From a virus (taxonomy: Duplodnaviria; Caudoviricetes): a DNA stretch of 64,000 bases. A model generated the notes under the pieces. The model ran no database searches. It was not told the DNA's origin and saw only the letters and a program-made list of their open reading frames with translations. A program made the translations under genes and the position numbers. Within the stretch, counting starts at the first letter, position 1; the number at the start of each line of letters is the position of its first letter. Shown piece by piece: positions 18,702 through 28,016 of the stretch. The DNA lies in IMG/VR virus record IMGVR_UViG_3300012983_000040, positions 1 to 64,000 of that record, one strand, 5' to 3'.

Positions 18702-18754
18702 AGTATTAGCAGTTTTAACGGACGTGAACTAGCGACTCACGTTGAACACAAAAG

Positions 18755-19084
18755 GATTTTCGTCAAAATTTACAAAATTCGCAAAGATTGGAAGCTTTAT
18801 TTGATGAAGTAACTTTACAGAAGATTATAGAAGTTGATAAACAACAGATTATTCTGAACCATTATCCGTTTCTATGTTATAGTGGAAGTTATAACCATCG
18901 TATTTGGGCTTTACATGGACACGTTCATCAAAATCCTTACAGTATAGGCTTAGACTCTTCTAGGCTAGCATGGAGATTCCCTACACAGTATGATGTTGGT
19001 GTAGATAACAATAATTTCTATCCAGTATCTTTCAATCAATTACATGATATAATAACTAAACAGATAAAAGACTATGAATCCTAA
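18755..19084 (+). CDS. Metallophosphoesterase exon 2
   Basis: D...ILNHYP...LHGHVH...DVGVD. The spliced protein is 198 aa. Confidence 0.88.
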   Translation, partial: DFRQNLQNSQRLEALFDEVTLQKIIEVDKQQIILNHYPFLCYSGSYNHRIWALHGHVHQNPYSIGLDSSRLAWRFPTQYDVGVDNNNFYPVSFNQLHDIITKQIKDYES

Positions 19085-19511
19085 TAAAGATGTTATTATT
19101 CAGTTAACTGATCAACTAAAAGTAGTTAATCGTAATGGGTATCTTGACGTACTTCCTATTGATGAAATGGAGTATACGTGGGATATTGAACTTCCTAAAG
19201 ATACAAAATTAAATCCACAACTTATTGGTAATTGGTATCTTTATAGTCATTACGAAGATGGGTATCTATATGTTACTAAGGATAAACCAGTACTAAGGGA
19301 AAATGGTTCATGTTATTTACCTGATCCTAAACTATCTGGATGGTTAGATCTTGATGCTGAAAATTTAAGTCTTGGATTTAGATGTGGCAAGTGGAGTTTA
19401 ACCCCAAATGATTTTCTTAGATTAAAATTACCTAGAGTTCCTCGAGGTAAGGTTATAGAAATTGAAATTATGCCTTCGGGCAATGTATATTTTTATGATT
19501 ATGAACCCTAA
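19074..19511 (+). CDS. Hypothetical protein, paralog 1 of a tandem pair
   Basis: Shares GNW, SGWxxLD and LKLPRV...IEIEIMPSGNVYFY with the next ORF. Confidence 0.7.
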   Translation: MNPNKDVIIQLTDQLKVVNRNGYLDVLPIDEMEYTWDIELPKDTKLNPQLIGNWYLYSHYEDGYLYVTKDKPVLRENGSCYLPDPKLSGWLDLDAENLSLGFRCGKWSLTPNDFLRLKLPRVPRGKVIEIEIMPSGNVYFYDYEP

Positions 19512-19800
19512 ATTAGTTGGAAATTGGTTTCTTGTAAGAAACAATGATGGAGATAATCATCAGTTAATGGTTGTAAAAGCTGATGGTGTTGAACCCAGTA
19601 CTCATGAGGGAGCTTTTTGTGCTATTGGAGTGAAATCAGGATGGATGTCTCTAGATAATGAAGAAGATCGTTTTTGGACTAGTGAATTTGCTGATATTAC
19701 TCCTGCTGATTTTAATGCTTTAAAATTACCTAGAGTTACTTATGAAAATTCTCCAATAGAGATTGAGATAATGCCATCTGGAAATGTTTATTTCTATTAA
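19501..19800 (+). CDS. Hypothetical protein, paralog 2 of a tandem pair
   Basis: Start MNPKLVGNW at 19501; same C-terminal motif as the previous ORF. Confidence 0.7.
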   Translation: MNPKLVGNWFLVRNNDGDNHQLMVVKADGVEPSTHEGAFCAIGVKSGWMSLDNEEDRFWTSEFADITPADFNALKLPRVTYENSPIEIEIMPSGNVYFY

Positions 19801-19826
19801 TTACCAATTATTTTTTAATTATAGAA

Positions 19827-20534
19827 GTGAAAATAACAGCAATTAGTGATTTACATGGACTATTACCACAAATAATGCCTTGTGATGTGGTACTTATTTG
19901 TGGAGACATTGTACCATTAAAGATACAACGAGATGCTATAAGAAGTGAGATGTGGCTTAAAAATGAGTTCTCTAGATGGGTAAACGATTTACAGTGCCAA
20001 CACGTTCTTGCTGTATGGGGAAATCATGATTTTATTGGGTTAGATTTAGGAGACACTCCTTTAGGTAGGGAACGATACAATATGTGTATTGGCAGACCTA
20101 CTAAACATAAGATTGAGTTTCTAGATGGAAACTATGCTAATATTATTGTAGGAGATGAACAAATAACTGTTTGGGGATCTCCTTGGTGTCATACTTTTGG
20201 TAATTGGGCATTTATGGTTAGCGAGGATTCTCTTGCTGAAAAATATAAATCTATACCTAAAAATTGTGATATTGTAATGACTCATGAAGCACCTAAAATA
20301 GGTAAAATGGGAGTTATTACACAAGGTCCTTATACTGGAGAAAAAGCTGGAAGTAAGGCTTTAGCTGAAGCTATTAAAAATGCAAATCCTAAATATGCTT
20401 TATCTGGACATATTCATTCTTCAGAGCATAAATTAAGTAAATATAAGGGAGCAGGTAATACTTTATTTGCAACAGTTTCCTTATTAGATGAACATTATAA
20501 AAATACATATGATCCTTTAACATTTGAAATATGA
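19827..20534 (+). CDS. Metallophosphoesterase (MPPED2/class III cNMP phosphodiesterase-like)
   Basis: ISDLHG, CGDI, GNHD, THEAP and GHIH. Confidence 0.85.
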   Translation: MKITAISDLHGLLPQIMPCDVVLICGDIVPLKIQRDAIRSEMWLKNEFSRWVNDLQCQHVLAVWGNHDFIGLDLGDTPLGRERYNMCIGRPTKHKIEFLDGNYANIIVGDEQITVWGSPWCHTFGNWAFMVSEDSLAEKYKSIPKNCDIVMTHEAPKIGKMGVITQGPYTGEKAGSKALAEAIKNANPKYALSGHIHSSEHKLSKYKGAGNTLFATVSLLDEHYKNTYDPLTFEI

Positions 20535-21580
20535 CATTAGAACGAGTTTTATCTGCATTAAATTTACTAGCATCTAATAAGTGTATTATAGAAGAAAAAG
20601 GAGATGATGCTTTTATGACCTATCTCTTTTACCAATTATTTGGTCAAATTCCATACGTAGATTACTTCTTTGATGATGTCGATGAAGAAGAGGAAGATGA
20701 CGATGAAGATGAATTTATTCCTGAAAAGTTCAGCTATAAAAAGACAATAAATAAACTTATTGAAAAATGTCCAGAAGCAATAGTGTATTCTTGGAAAGGT
20801 TATCGTATAGTAATTACTGATGAATTTATTGTCTGTAGAGCAACTATTTTTCATCTTCATAAAGATAGACCTCAGGTTTGTGTAGATAGTATTGTACTAG
20901 AAAAGAATGATTCAGTCAATCTTATCTATGTTTCTGTAGACTCTAAAGGCAATATGCATAAACAATTAATGCCAATTAAAGAAGCAGAAGTAAATATTGA
21001 AGAGAACTATAATGATGATTGTCCATATACTAAGATTGAGGAAGCTGTAGCTAAGGACAGTAAAAGTACTATACTATTACTCTTTGGATTACCAGGAACT
21101 GGTAAAACTTTCTTATTAAGAAAACTTATTCTTGAGCATCCAGAATTAAAATTTTACTGGTTAGACAGTAGTATGTTTAATATGATTAATAGTACAGAGT
21201 TTTCTGAATTTTTACTTAAATGTAAAAATGGAATCTTCATTATGGAAGATTGTGAGAGTATAATTAAGAGTAGAGATGACTCTTATAATACTCTAATTAC
21301 TCCATTATTACAATTAACTGATGGTTTAATTGGAGATAATTTAGGTCTTAAGTTTATCTGTACTTTCAATACTGATTTACGAAATGTAGACCATGCTTTA
21401 CAACGTAAAGGAAGATGTGCTTTGAGTTACGAATTTAAGAAGCTGGCTAAATCTAAGGCACAAAAGTTACTTAAGAAACTTGGTATTAATGCGACTGCTA
21501 CAGGAGATATGGCTTTATGTGATATTTTAAACTTGCAAGTCGAAAATGGTGTTGAAAAGAAACGTAAAGTGGGTTTCTAA
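20531..21580 (+). CDS. AAA+ ATPase with acidic N-terminal tract
   Basis: GLPGTGKT (Walker A), IFIMED (Walker B) and TFN...ALQRKGR (sensor 1/Arg finger). Confidence 0.88.
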   Translation: MTLERVLSALNLLASNKCIIEEKGDDAFMTYLFYQLFGQIPYVDYFFDDVDEEEEDDDEDEFIPEKFSYKKTINKLIEKCPEAIVYSWKGYRIVITDEFIVCRATIFHLHKDRPQVCVDSIVLEKNDSVNLIYVSVDSKGNMHKQLMPIKEAEVNIEENYNDDCPYTKIEEAVAKDSKSTILLLFGLPGTGKTFLLRKLILEHPELKFYWLDSSMFNMINSTEFSEFLLKCKNGIFIMEDCESIIKSRDDSYNTLITPLLQLTDGLIGDNLGLKFICTFNTDLRNVDHALQRKGRCALSYEFKKLAKSKAQKLLKKLGINATATGDMALCDILNLQVENGVEKKRKVGF

Positions 21581-21719
21581 ACCACTTAAATGTTATATAA
21601 TTTATTTAAATAAAAGATTTGAAACAATTAAAGTTTTTGAATGTCCTAGTGATTTGTATTTGCATGATAAACATTACGATGTCATGATGGCAGATCCAGG
21701 GTATTTTTCAAATATGTAA
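21546..21719 (+). CDS. Possible small protein (57 aa)
   Basis: ATG-TAA frame filling the gap between the ATPase and the terminator. Confidence 0.35.
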   Translation: MVLKRNVKWVSKPLKCYIIYLNKRFETIKVFECPSDLYLHDKHYDVMMADPGYFSNM

Positions 21720-21722
21720 GTA

Positions 21723-21767
21723 AAGGGGGAAGTGGTGCATTTGCACTGCTTCCCCCTTATTTTTTTT
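21723..21767 (+). terminator. Strong Rho-independent terminator at the convergence of the two blocks
   Basis: AAGGGGGAAGTGGTGCA / TGCACTGCTTCCCCCTT stem with G.U pairs on the + strand, followed by AT8. Confidence 0.85.
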
Positions 21768-24700
21768 ACTATGTATAGATAGGAGATAGTGACATTAATG
21801 TCATAGCTTCTGCTACAGCATTTCGTTGTTCTTCCTGTGTTGGTTCTATACCTTCATGATCTTCAATTTGTTCTTTAAGTTCTTGTCTTTGTTCTCTCTG
21901 TACTTCTGGATCAGTCCTTTGTTTTATGAATGGAATTAAAGTAAATCTATTTGCTGAGAACATCTTTAAAAATCCGTCAGTAATAGTATCGTCTCCAGTT
22001 ATAACTCTCGATAAAACATGTAATGCTCTCGTTATAGTTGATATAGCAAAAGGAGTCCAATTTACACCTCTACCTCCAATTGATTCTAATGGATTAAAGT
22101 CCAAAACAGATGCATCAAAAATAGCTTCTGAAAGAGCAAAAGCCGAATTAGCCATTGCTTGTTGTATAGATCTATCATCTTTATGATCTTTGGTATATGT
22201 ATTAACAAATGTATGTATTTGTCCTCCCACGAGACCGCCTAATATTGTTAATATAGCTATGTCATATGCAAATTGTCTAATATTTTGTCTATATGCAGTT
22301 CTTAAATTCTCGTTAGTATTATTCCAGTACTAATTCTTTACTGCATTTATAATTTCCGTAGGATTTCGAGTGTAGTTTCCATTCGCGTCTTTTAAAGAAT
22401 CGTAAGTTGAACCTACTGGTTGAATTAGACCTGTTCTATTGTTTAATCCTAATGCAAGAGCATCGTTTACCATTGAAGATAATGTTACAATGATTCCTTC
22501 AGAAAATGAACCTTCCCACTAGTAAAAAGGAACTAATATAGATTTATTAATTAACTCTTCTTTAGTCACTGGTGGCTAATCAAATAATATGTTTCCATTA
22601 TTATCTACCTAATAGTAATAATAATTTCGCACCTCTTCCCCATCTTTAATAATAGGTTTACCCTATTCATCTAAAGCTATCTCACTATAATGAGTAAACC
22701 ATCCTCTGTCCTTTACAGAACTTATGGCAAACCACTAGTTTTTCTTACCTGACCAATATGTATTCATCTGCCAGAATAAAGCACCTAAAAGACTAGCTTG
22801 CATCAAAGCTCGCTTTTCGTGTGAATAGTAGCCATAAAGTTTATCTGCCATTGACTTATATGATCTAGCTTGTTTATTAGTATAAGCTTGGGGTAATGGT
22901 TTGTATACGCCTTTCTTCGGTGGTTCTAGTTTAAATTTAGTTCCGTCTGGATATATAGCACCTTCAATTTCAAATTGTTTAGCCATAGCTCTGTATAAAG
23001 CTTCTTGTTCTCTATACTTTGGGTTATTAACATCTCCTTTTACTAGAGTACTAAATCTTGGATCTCGATTAAAATCATAAATTAATTCTCCATCTTCATT
23101 TAAATAATGGGCTTCATAAGTGCCATCGTGTCTCATATATGACTCGAAAATAGTCATTCTGTTATAAAAGTCTGGTCTAGATGCAAATCTGAATATAAAA
23201 CTATTAGTATTTCTAAAAATGTTATGTGAATTTTGAAGGTGTTCTGCATATACATTAATGTCCATATCATTGATTCTATATAGCTAGTTTAATCTTTCTA
23301 ACTTTGTAGGTCTATAATCAAACTTTGTCATTTCTTTATATACATCTACAAATGAAGCAACCATTTCAGTAAGAGTGAATCCAAATCTTCCATCTTCGTT
23401 TCTCCATATTATTCCAATATCCTTATAAATACCTTCAAGTAACTGATAAATTTGTTTTGGGTTAAATCCAAGAGTAACTACAGATGCTAAGTGCATAATT
23501 TTCTAAGCATACTCATATATCTGCAAATCTTTATCATCCATAACTTTTCTACCTAACATAAGAAGAACATTATCTTTTAAGTATTCTAGTTCTGCCTCTC
23601 TTTTTATATTTTGAGAAAACTCCTAAAATATTAAATCAGCGTGTGCTGCTTTAATTAGAGTAAACGCTTTTTCTGATTCTTCTTTCATTTTATACGCAAA
23701 TAGATGCTTTAAGAAAACTGATTGTAAGTCATGATCATATAAACTTAAATCTTTTAGTAGTTCTGCTCGTTGTCTCGGGTCTTCTCCCTAGTCAAATCTA
23801 GTCCTCATTACATATAAGTCGTCTCGTAACTATTTTCCTTCTGGAGTTAAGAGATGCCCCATTTCTTTTTTTATTCTATCTTTAACTACATTCCATTTCC
23901 AAGATAAAAAGTAATCCTTAGCTGCCGCTAATAAACCTTCTGTCTCCAATTTTCCTGCTGTTCCTTTATATGATAGTGGTACTCTAAGCCAGGCCAAATT
24001 TCCTTTTTCCAGCTCTTGTACCATTCTAGCTTCAAAGGCGATATCAGTTTCTCCTCTTTTTTTAAATCTATTAGAATTAATTGTTTTAATTACATACTTT
24101 AAGAATTTTCTTTCAGTAGCTGACAATCTGGTGTTATTAGCATATGGATTTACAAATACCCAATCTTCATCAGGCTTCCTAGTTTTATAATTAGTCATGT
24201 TTTCGTAAATTCTTACTGAGTTTTGGAAAGTAGAATCCCCTAAATATGAAATTTTATTTTCTTTTTTAAGTTCAATTACCATTTTCTGTACTAATGCATG
24301 TGGTTTTTGCATACTATCCGTAACTCTTTTATAGCAGTTGTCAATAAATTCTGTAATTTTATTTAAATTTTTGCTGGCCGTAGTACCAGGGTTATCAGTT
24401 TTAAGTCCTGAGTGTCCTTTAAGTAGTATATTGTTAGAATCTCTCCAGTTATCATATGCTTCAATTTGTTGTTCAAAATCATATCCTAATTCTTCAGCAT
24501 ATGCCCTATGTAACATTTGATACTACATATCTATTTCATCATCTGTTACATCAAAATCTAATCTTTGTAATTCTTTACCAGCGATTCCTTCTCTTATTGA
24601 TTCCATTGACTTAATTGCTTCATATAAAACTTCTGCCATAGAACCAAGTGGTTTTCCTTGATCATTTCCAACAATGTCAATTTCATTATTTTTATTTAAA

Positions 24701-26937
24701 AATAAGTTTTCTATAGGAGTAAGACATTTATTTACTATTAGGTTATTTACTTTAAGATTTCTACCTTGTCTATCGTTTTCGACTATTTTTGTTCCAGTTC
24801 TTAATGTATCCAAAGCCTACTCTGCCATTGTGCAAAATTTTATGTCTCCTTTATGTCCACTATAGTTAATTCTATTAGGTCCAAACTCTTTATCAATATT
24901 TTTATACTTATTTAAAATTTTAAAAGAGTTTAATAACTATTTATTAGAAGCTGTAAGCCCACTATTTAAAAATGGATTAATTACCTTTATACTATGTATT
25001 TTTGATCCTTTAAAAATTTCAGTAGGAACAAAATTTAAAGCTAAAAGTGTTTCTATCATTGCCACATTACCGTGAACTGCATTTAGTAATGTTGCCTCTC
25101 CAGCTTTATCTACAATATCGTTTATTCCTAATGCTTGTGTAATTAATTTATTTACATTTCTTCTATCTACTTGTCCATCAGTTCGTTCATGTGTAAATTT
25201 AATTACTTCAATATTTTTTGTATATTTATTTTTTAGTAAAACAATACCCATTGCTTCTAGTACAGCAGGAATTTCTCCACTGTCTCCATATCCAATGACT
25301 TCATATTGTCCATTTCTAGTATACTTCCTAATAACTTTATCGTACCATTGAGCATCGCCATCTTGATGTTCTAATCTATTTGATGTATTAATAGTTAATT
25401 CTGTTTGATTATGAACAGCTTCTTTAAAATTCTTTGCAGATGTTCCAACTCGACGTTCACATTGAGATAAGTATGCTTGTATTTTTGAAATAAGATCTAA
25501 TTTAGATTTACCATAAATAGTTTTTTCCCTTACCTTATAAGAAAATCTTTGTTCTATATCTTCTGCATCTGGATTTTCTTTATATTTATGATTTGGGTCC
25601 TCTATAAATTCTTGTATGTCTTTAATGGACCAGCTAATTTCTTTAGACTTATATGCAGTAAACCACCCTAAAAGAGTGTTCTTTATTTTTTTTAGTATAT
25701 CCTAGTCATCTAACTAGGCAATAGCTACATCGACAAATATAGTATCGATATTATCCTAAATGTGATTATACGACACTTCATTCTTAGTTAAATCATCGAT
25801 TAGGGGTTTATTAGTTTCAATGTTTTTAAAATTCCAATTTCCGTCTGTTCGTGTATATCCTACTAACTATATTGGAGCAACAAGTACACTAATATTTCTA
25901 AAAGTAGGATTTATTTTTCTTAGCATACGTGCATAGGTTGCTAATTGATATGTAAAAGCTCGTTTTTTAGCAGAACTATATTCATCTGGTGCTAAATCTT
26001 CTACTGCTACATCACTTTCGGCTTCTCGCCAATAATCTGCAGGTGATACTTTATAATCTATAATAAAAGCATCGCCCTCTGGTGGTACAACTAATAAATC
26101 AATCATACCTGAGAGATTAACATTTTCATTTTTTGATGGATCGTGGGCAGTAGTTCTTAAAGATAATTCTGGAAAATATAAAAAGTGTCCAGTACCTTTA
26201 GGATCGTAAGTAGATTCTATTGTAACTTTTAATTTTTTACAATAATCTATTACTTGTTTCATCTATTTTTCAGAAAGTAGAGCTTTAGTTTCTGGTAAGG
26301 CACGTTTTTTAAAAATATTTAGTATATGATTTGAATCTAAATCTCCAAATATTGAAAAATTATTATCTTTAAAAGATTGCCTACTAAAGAATATTTCACA
26401 GAGATTATGAATTGCAGTACCTACTTTAGCTTCGTGTTCCCATTTTTCTTTTTCTATTTTAATCAATCTGTCAATTAATTCTTGGGCCATTATTGACGGA
26501 GTATTTCCATCTTTAAATTCAGGTTCTTCTGCAAAATCAGCTAATTCTTTTTCTGTAAATCTTTTTCCTGTAGAATTTCTCCAAGATTCTATTCTTGTAT
26601 TAAAATAATTTTCTTCTATAAATTCTGGAAATATTAATTTTCCTTCTATTCTCAAGCCTGATAGAAATTTTGTTACCTAGGTACGTGTTTTATCAATTAT
26701 TTCAGTACTCTAGGACTATTTATTATATGATCTGACACTGTTATAATTTTTATAATCTTTACTTTTTCTAACTATAGGTTCAAGCTAATCAATAGTATTT
26801 AATTGAGATAGGGTATGTTCTTGGAATACTGTATCTCCATACTTATCTAGTAACTTATCTCCACCTGATAGTAAAAAATCGTCTAGTTCTATCTCAGAAT
26901 TAAACAATATATTTTTATAATAATGTTTACAATTCAT
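21766..26937 (-). CDS. Giant virion cargo protein F (~1723 aa, TAG=Gln) with PD-(D/E)XK nuclease domain
   Basis: Eight track fragments share one frame. Starts MNCKHYY and ends PIYT-TAG-TAA. Contains GTAIH...GMIDLL...IDYK...YQLATY. Confidence 0.8.
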
Positions 26938-26938
26938 A

Positions 26939-28015
26939 TTAACATATTTCTTTTAATTTTCCTGATTTTAATAAGTCAGATTTATAATTATTTAGTAATC
27001 TGTGAATAAATGAGTTGCTCATTGTTCCTGTCATACTATTAAATATTTCTCTAGAATTTACTAATTTAGCAACTTTTTCAAGAGTTGATTTATAAAGTAT
27101 ATTACTGTCAATAATTTTATTACTAAAGTCTCCATTTAATATACTATCTAGTAGTCTTCTAATATTATAATCAAGTTCATATTTTTGAGCATTAGACATT
27201 TTGGAGAAAGAAGATTCTCTTCCTGCAAAGAATTTTCCTAATTCTTCAACTAAAACTTCTTCAGCTCTATCCATTTCAGTTCTATGTCTGAATTGGTTCA
27301 TTTTGTATCTAATATTTTCATCTTGAAGAACAATATTAAGTAAATCCTAATATAACTTTGGGTTTTCAAATCTAATGCCTCCCATAAAAAGATGCATAAG
27401 TTCATGAATTTTAGTGTCAGGAGTTGCATTATCAGTATTAATATATATTTCTCCATTCCTAATAAAACCTCTTAGTGTGGCTGCTCCAGGAAAATCGGGT
27501 AAAGTTGCTATATCTTTAGTAGTAACCTCATTAATTTTTATTCCATGCATCTCCTATGCTCGAGTTAATAAGTTACTAACTGCTCTATGTGCAATTGGCA
27601 TATCCGAGACGGGATCTATTTCTTTTGGAGTTATAGATGGACGTTTCTAGGCATTTATTAATACTTCATCGTCTATAATATTAATTTCAAAATTGTAATC
27701 TTTATGCAGTTTATTTAATTCTTGAGCAATTTCTACTTCAGTTTCCTTTCCAGTATATTTTTTAACTAGCTCTAAAGAAGTATAGTAATTATCTCCTATA
27801 GGGTTTAATTTTAATCTATTTTTTAGCTATGTAAATGAGTCCACCCCTATATTAGGGGGGAACTCATCTACATTAGGCAATCTATTAAAATCGTGTAGCC
27901 ATTTGTCAACGATTGAGTAAAATAATTCTTCCTACTCTTTAGTATATGAGTCTGGAAGTATCTGTTGTTTTAACTCTTTAACCTAATTAATGTCTGTAAT
28001 ATCACAAAAATACAT
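26939..28015 (-). CDS. Cargo protein E (358 aa, TAG=Gln) with zincin-like HExxH motif
   Basis: MYFCD start; GFIRNGEIYIN...TKIHELMH; ends LKEIC-TAA. Confidence 0.8.
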
Positions 28016-28016
28016 A

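Larger units (their letters stand above)
17763..18754 (+). mobile_element. Group I intron in the metallophosphoesterase gene (992 nt)
   Basis: U before the intron and G at its end. Core AACTGCTGGGA, AATCAGCAAC, GCTCATCGACTA and GATATAGTC. Splicing restores GNH-D. Confidence 0.9.

Noticed and set aside
4378-19084. Track ORFs at 4378, 5857, 8780, 13801 and 18788 as independent genes
   Set aside because: They are downstream exons; removing the group I introns joins them in frame and restores conserved motifs.
2361-19500. Longer N-termini given by the track (2361, 7512, 14910, 19462)
   Set aside because: The extensions overlap a promoter or upstream genes. Domain starts fit 2436, 7548, 14940 and 19501.
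466-20860. Short - strand ORFs in the replication block (466, 3129, 4218, 7301, 8610, 10341, 17490, 20121, 20636)
   Set aside because: They are antisense to well-supported genes or intron cores, with no recognisable products.
27845-27860. CCCCTA-TAT-TAGGGG hairpin with a G6 run inside gene E
   Set aside because: It is only 6 bp, lies in an intact reading frame (FPPNIG) and has no U tail. There is no evidence for phase variation from one sequence.
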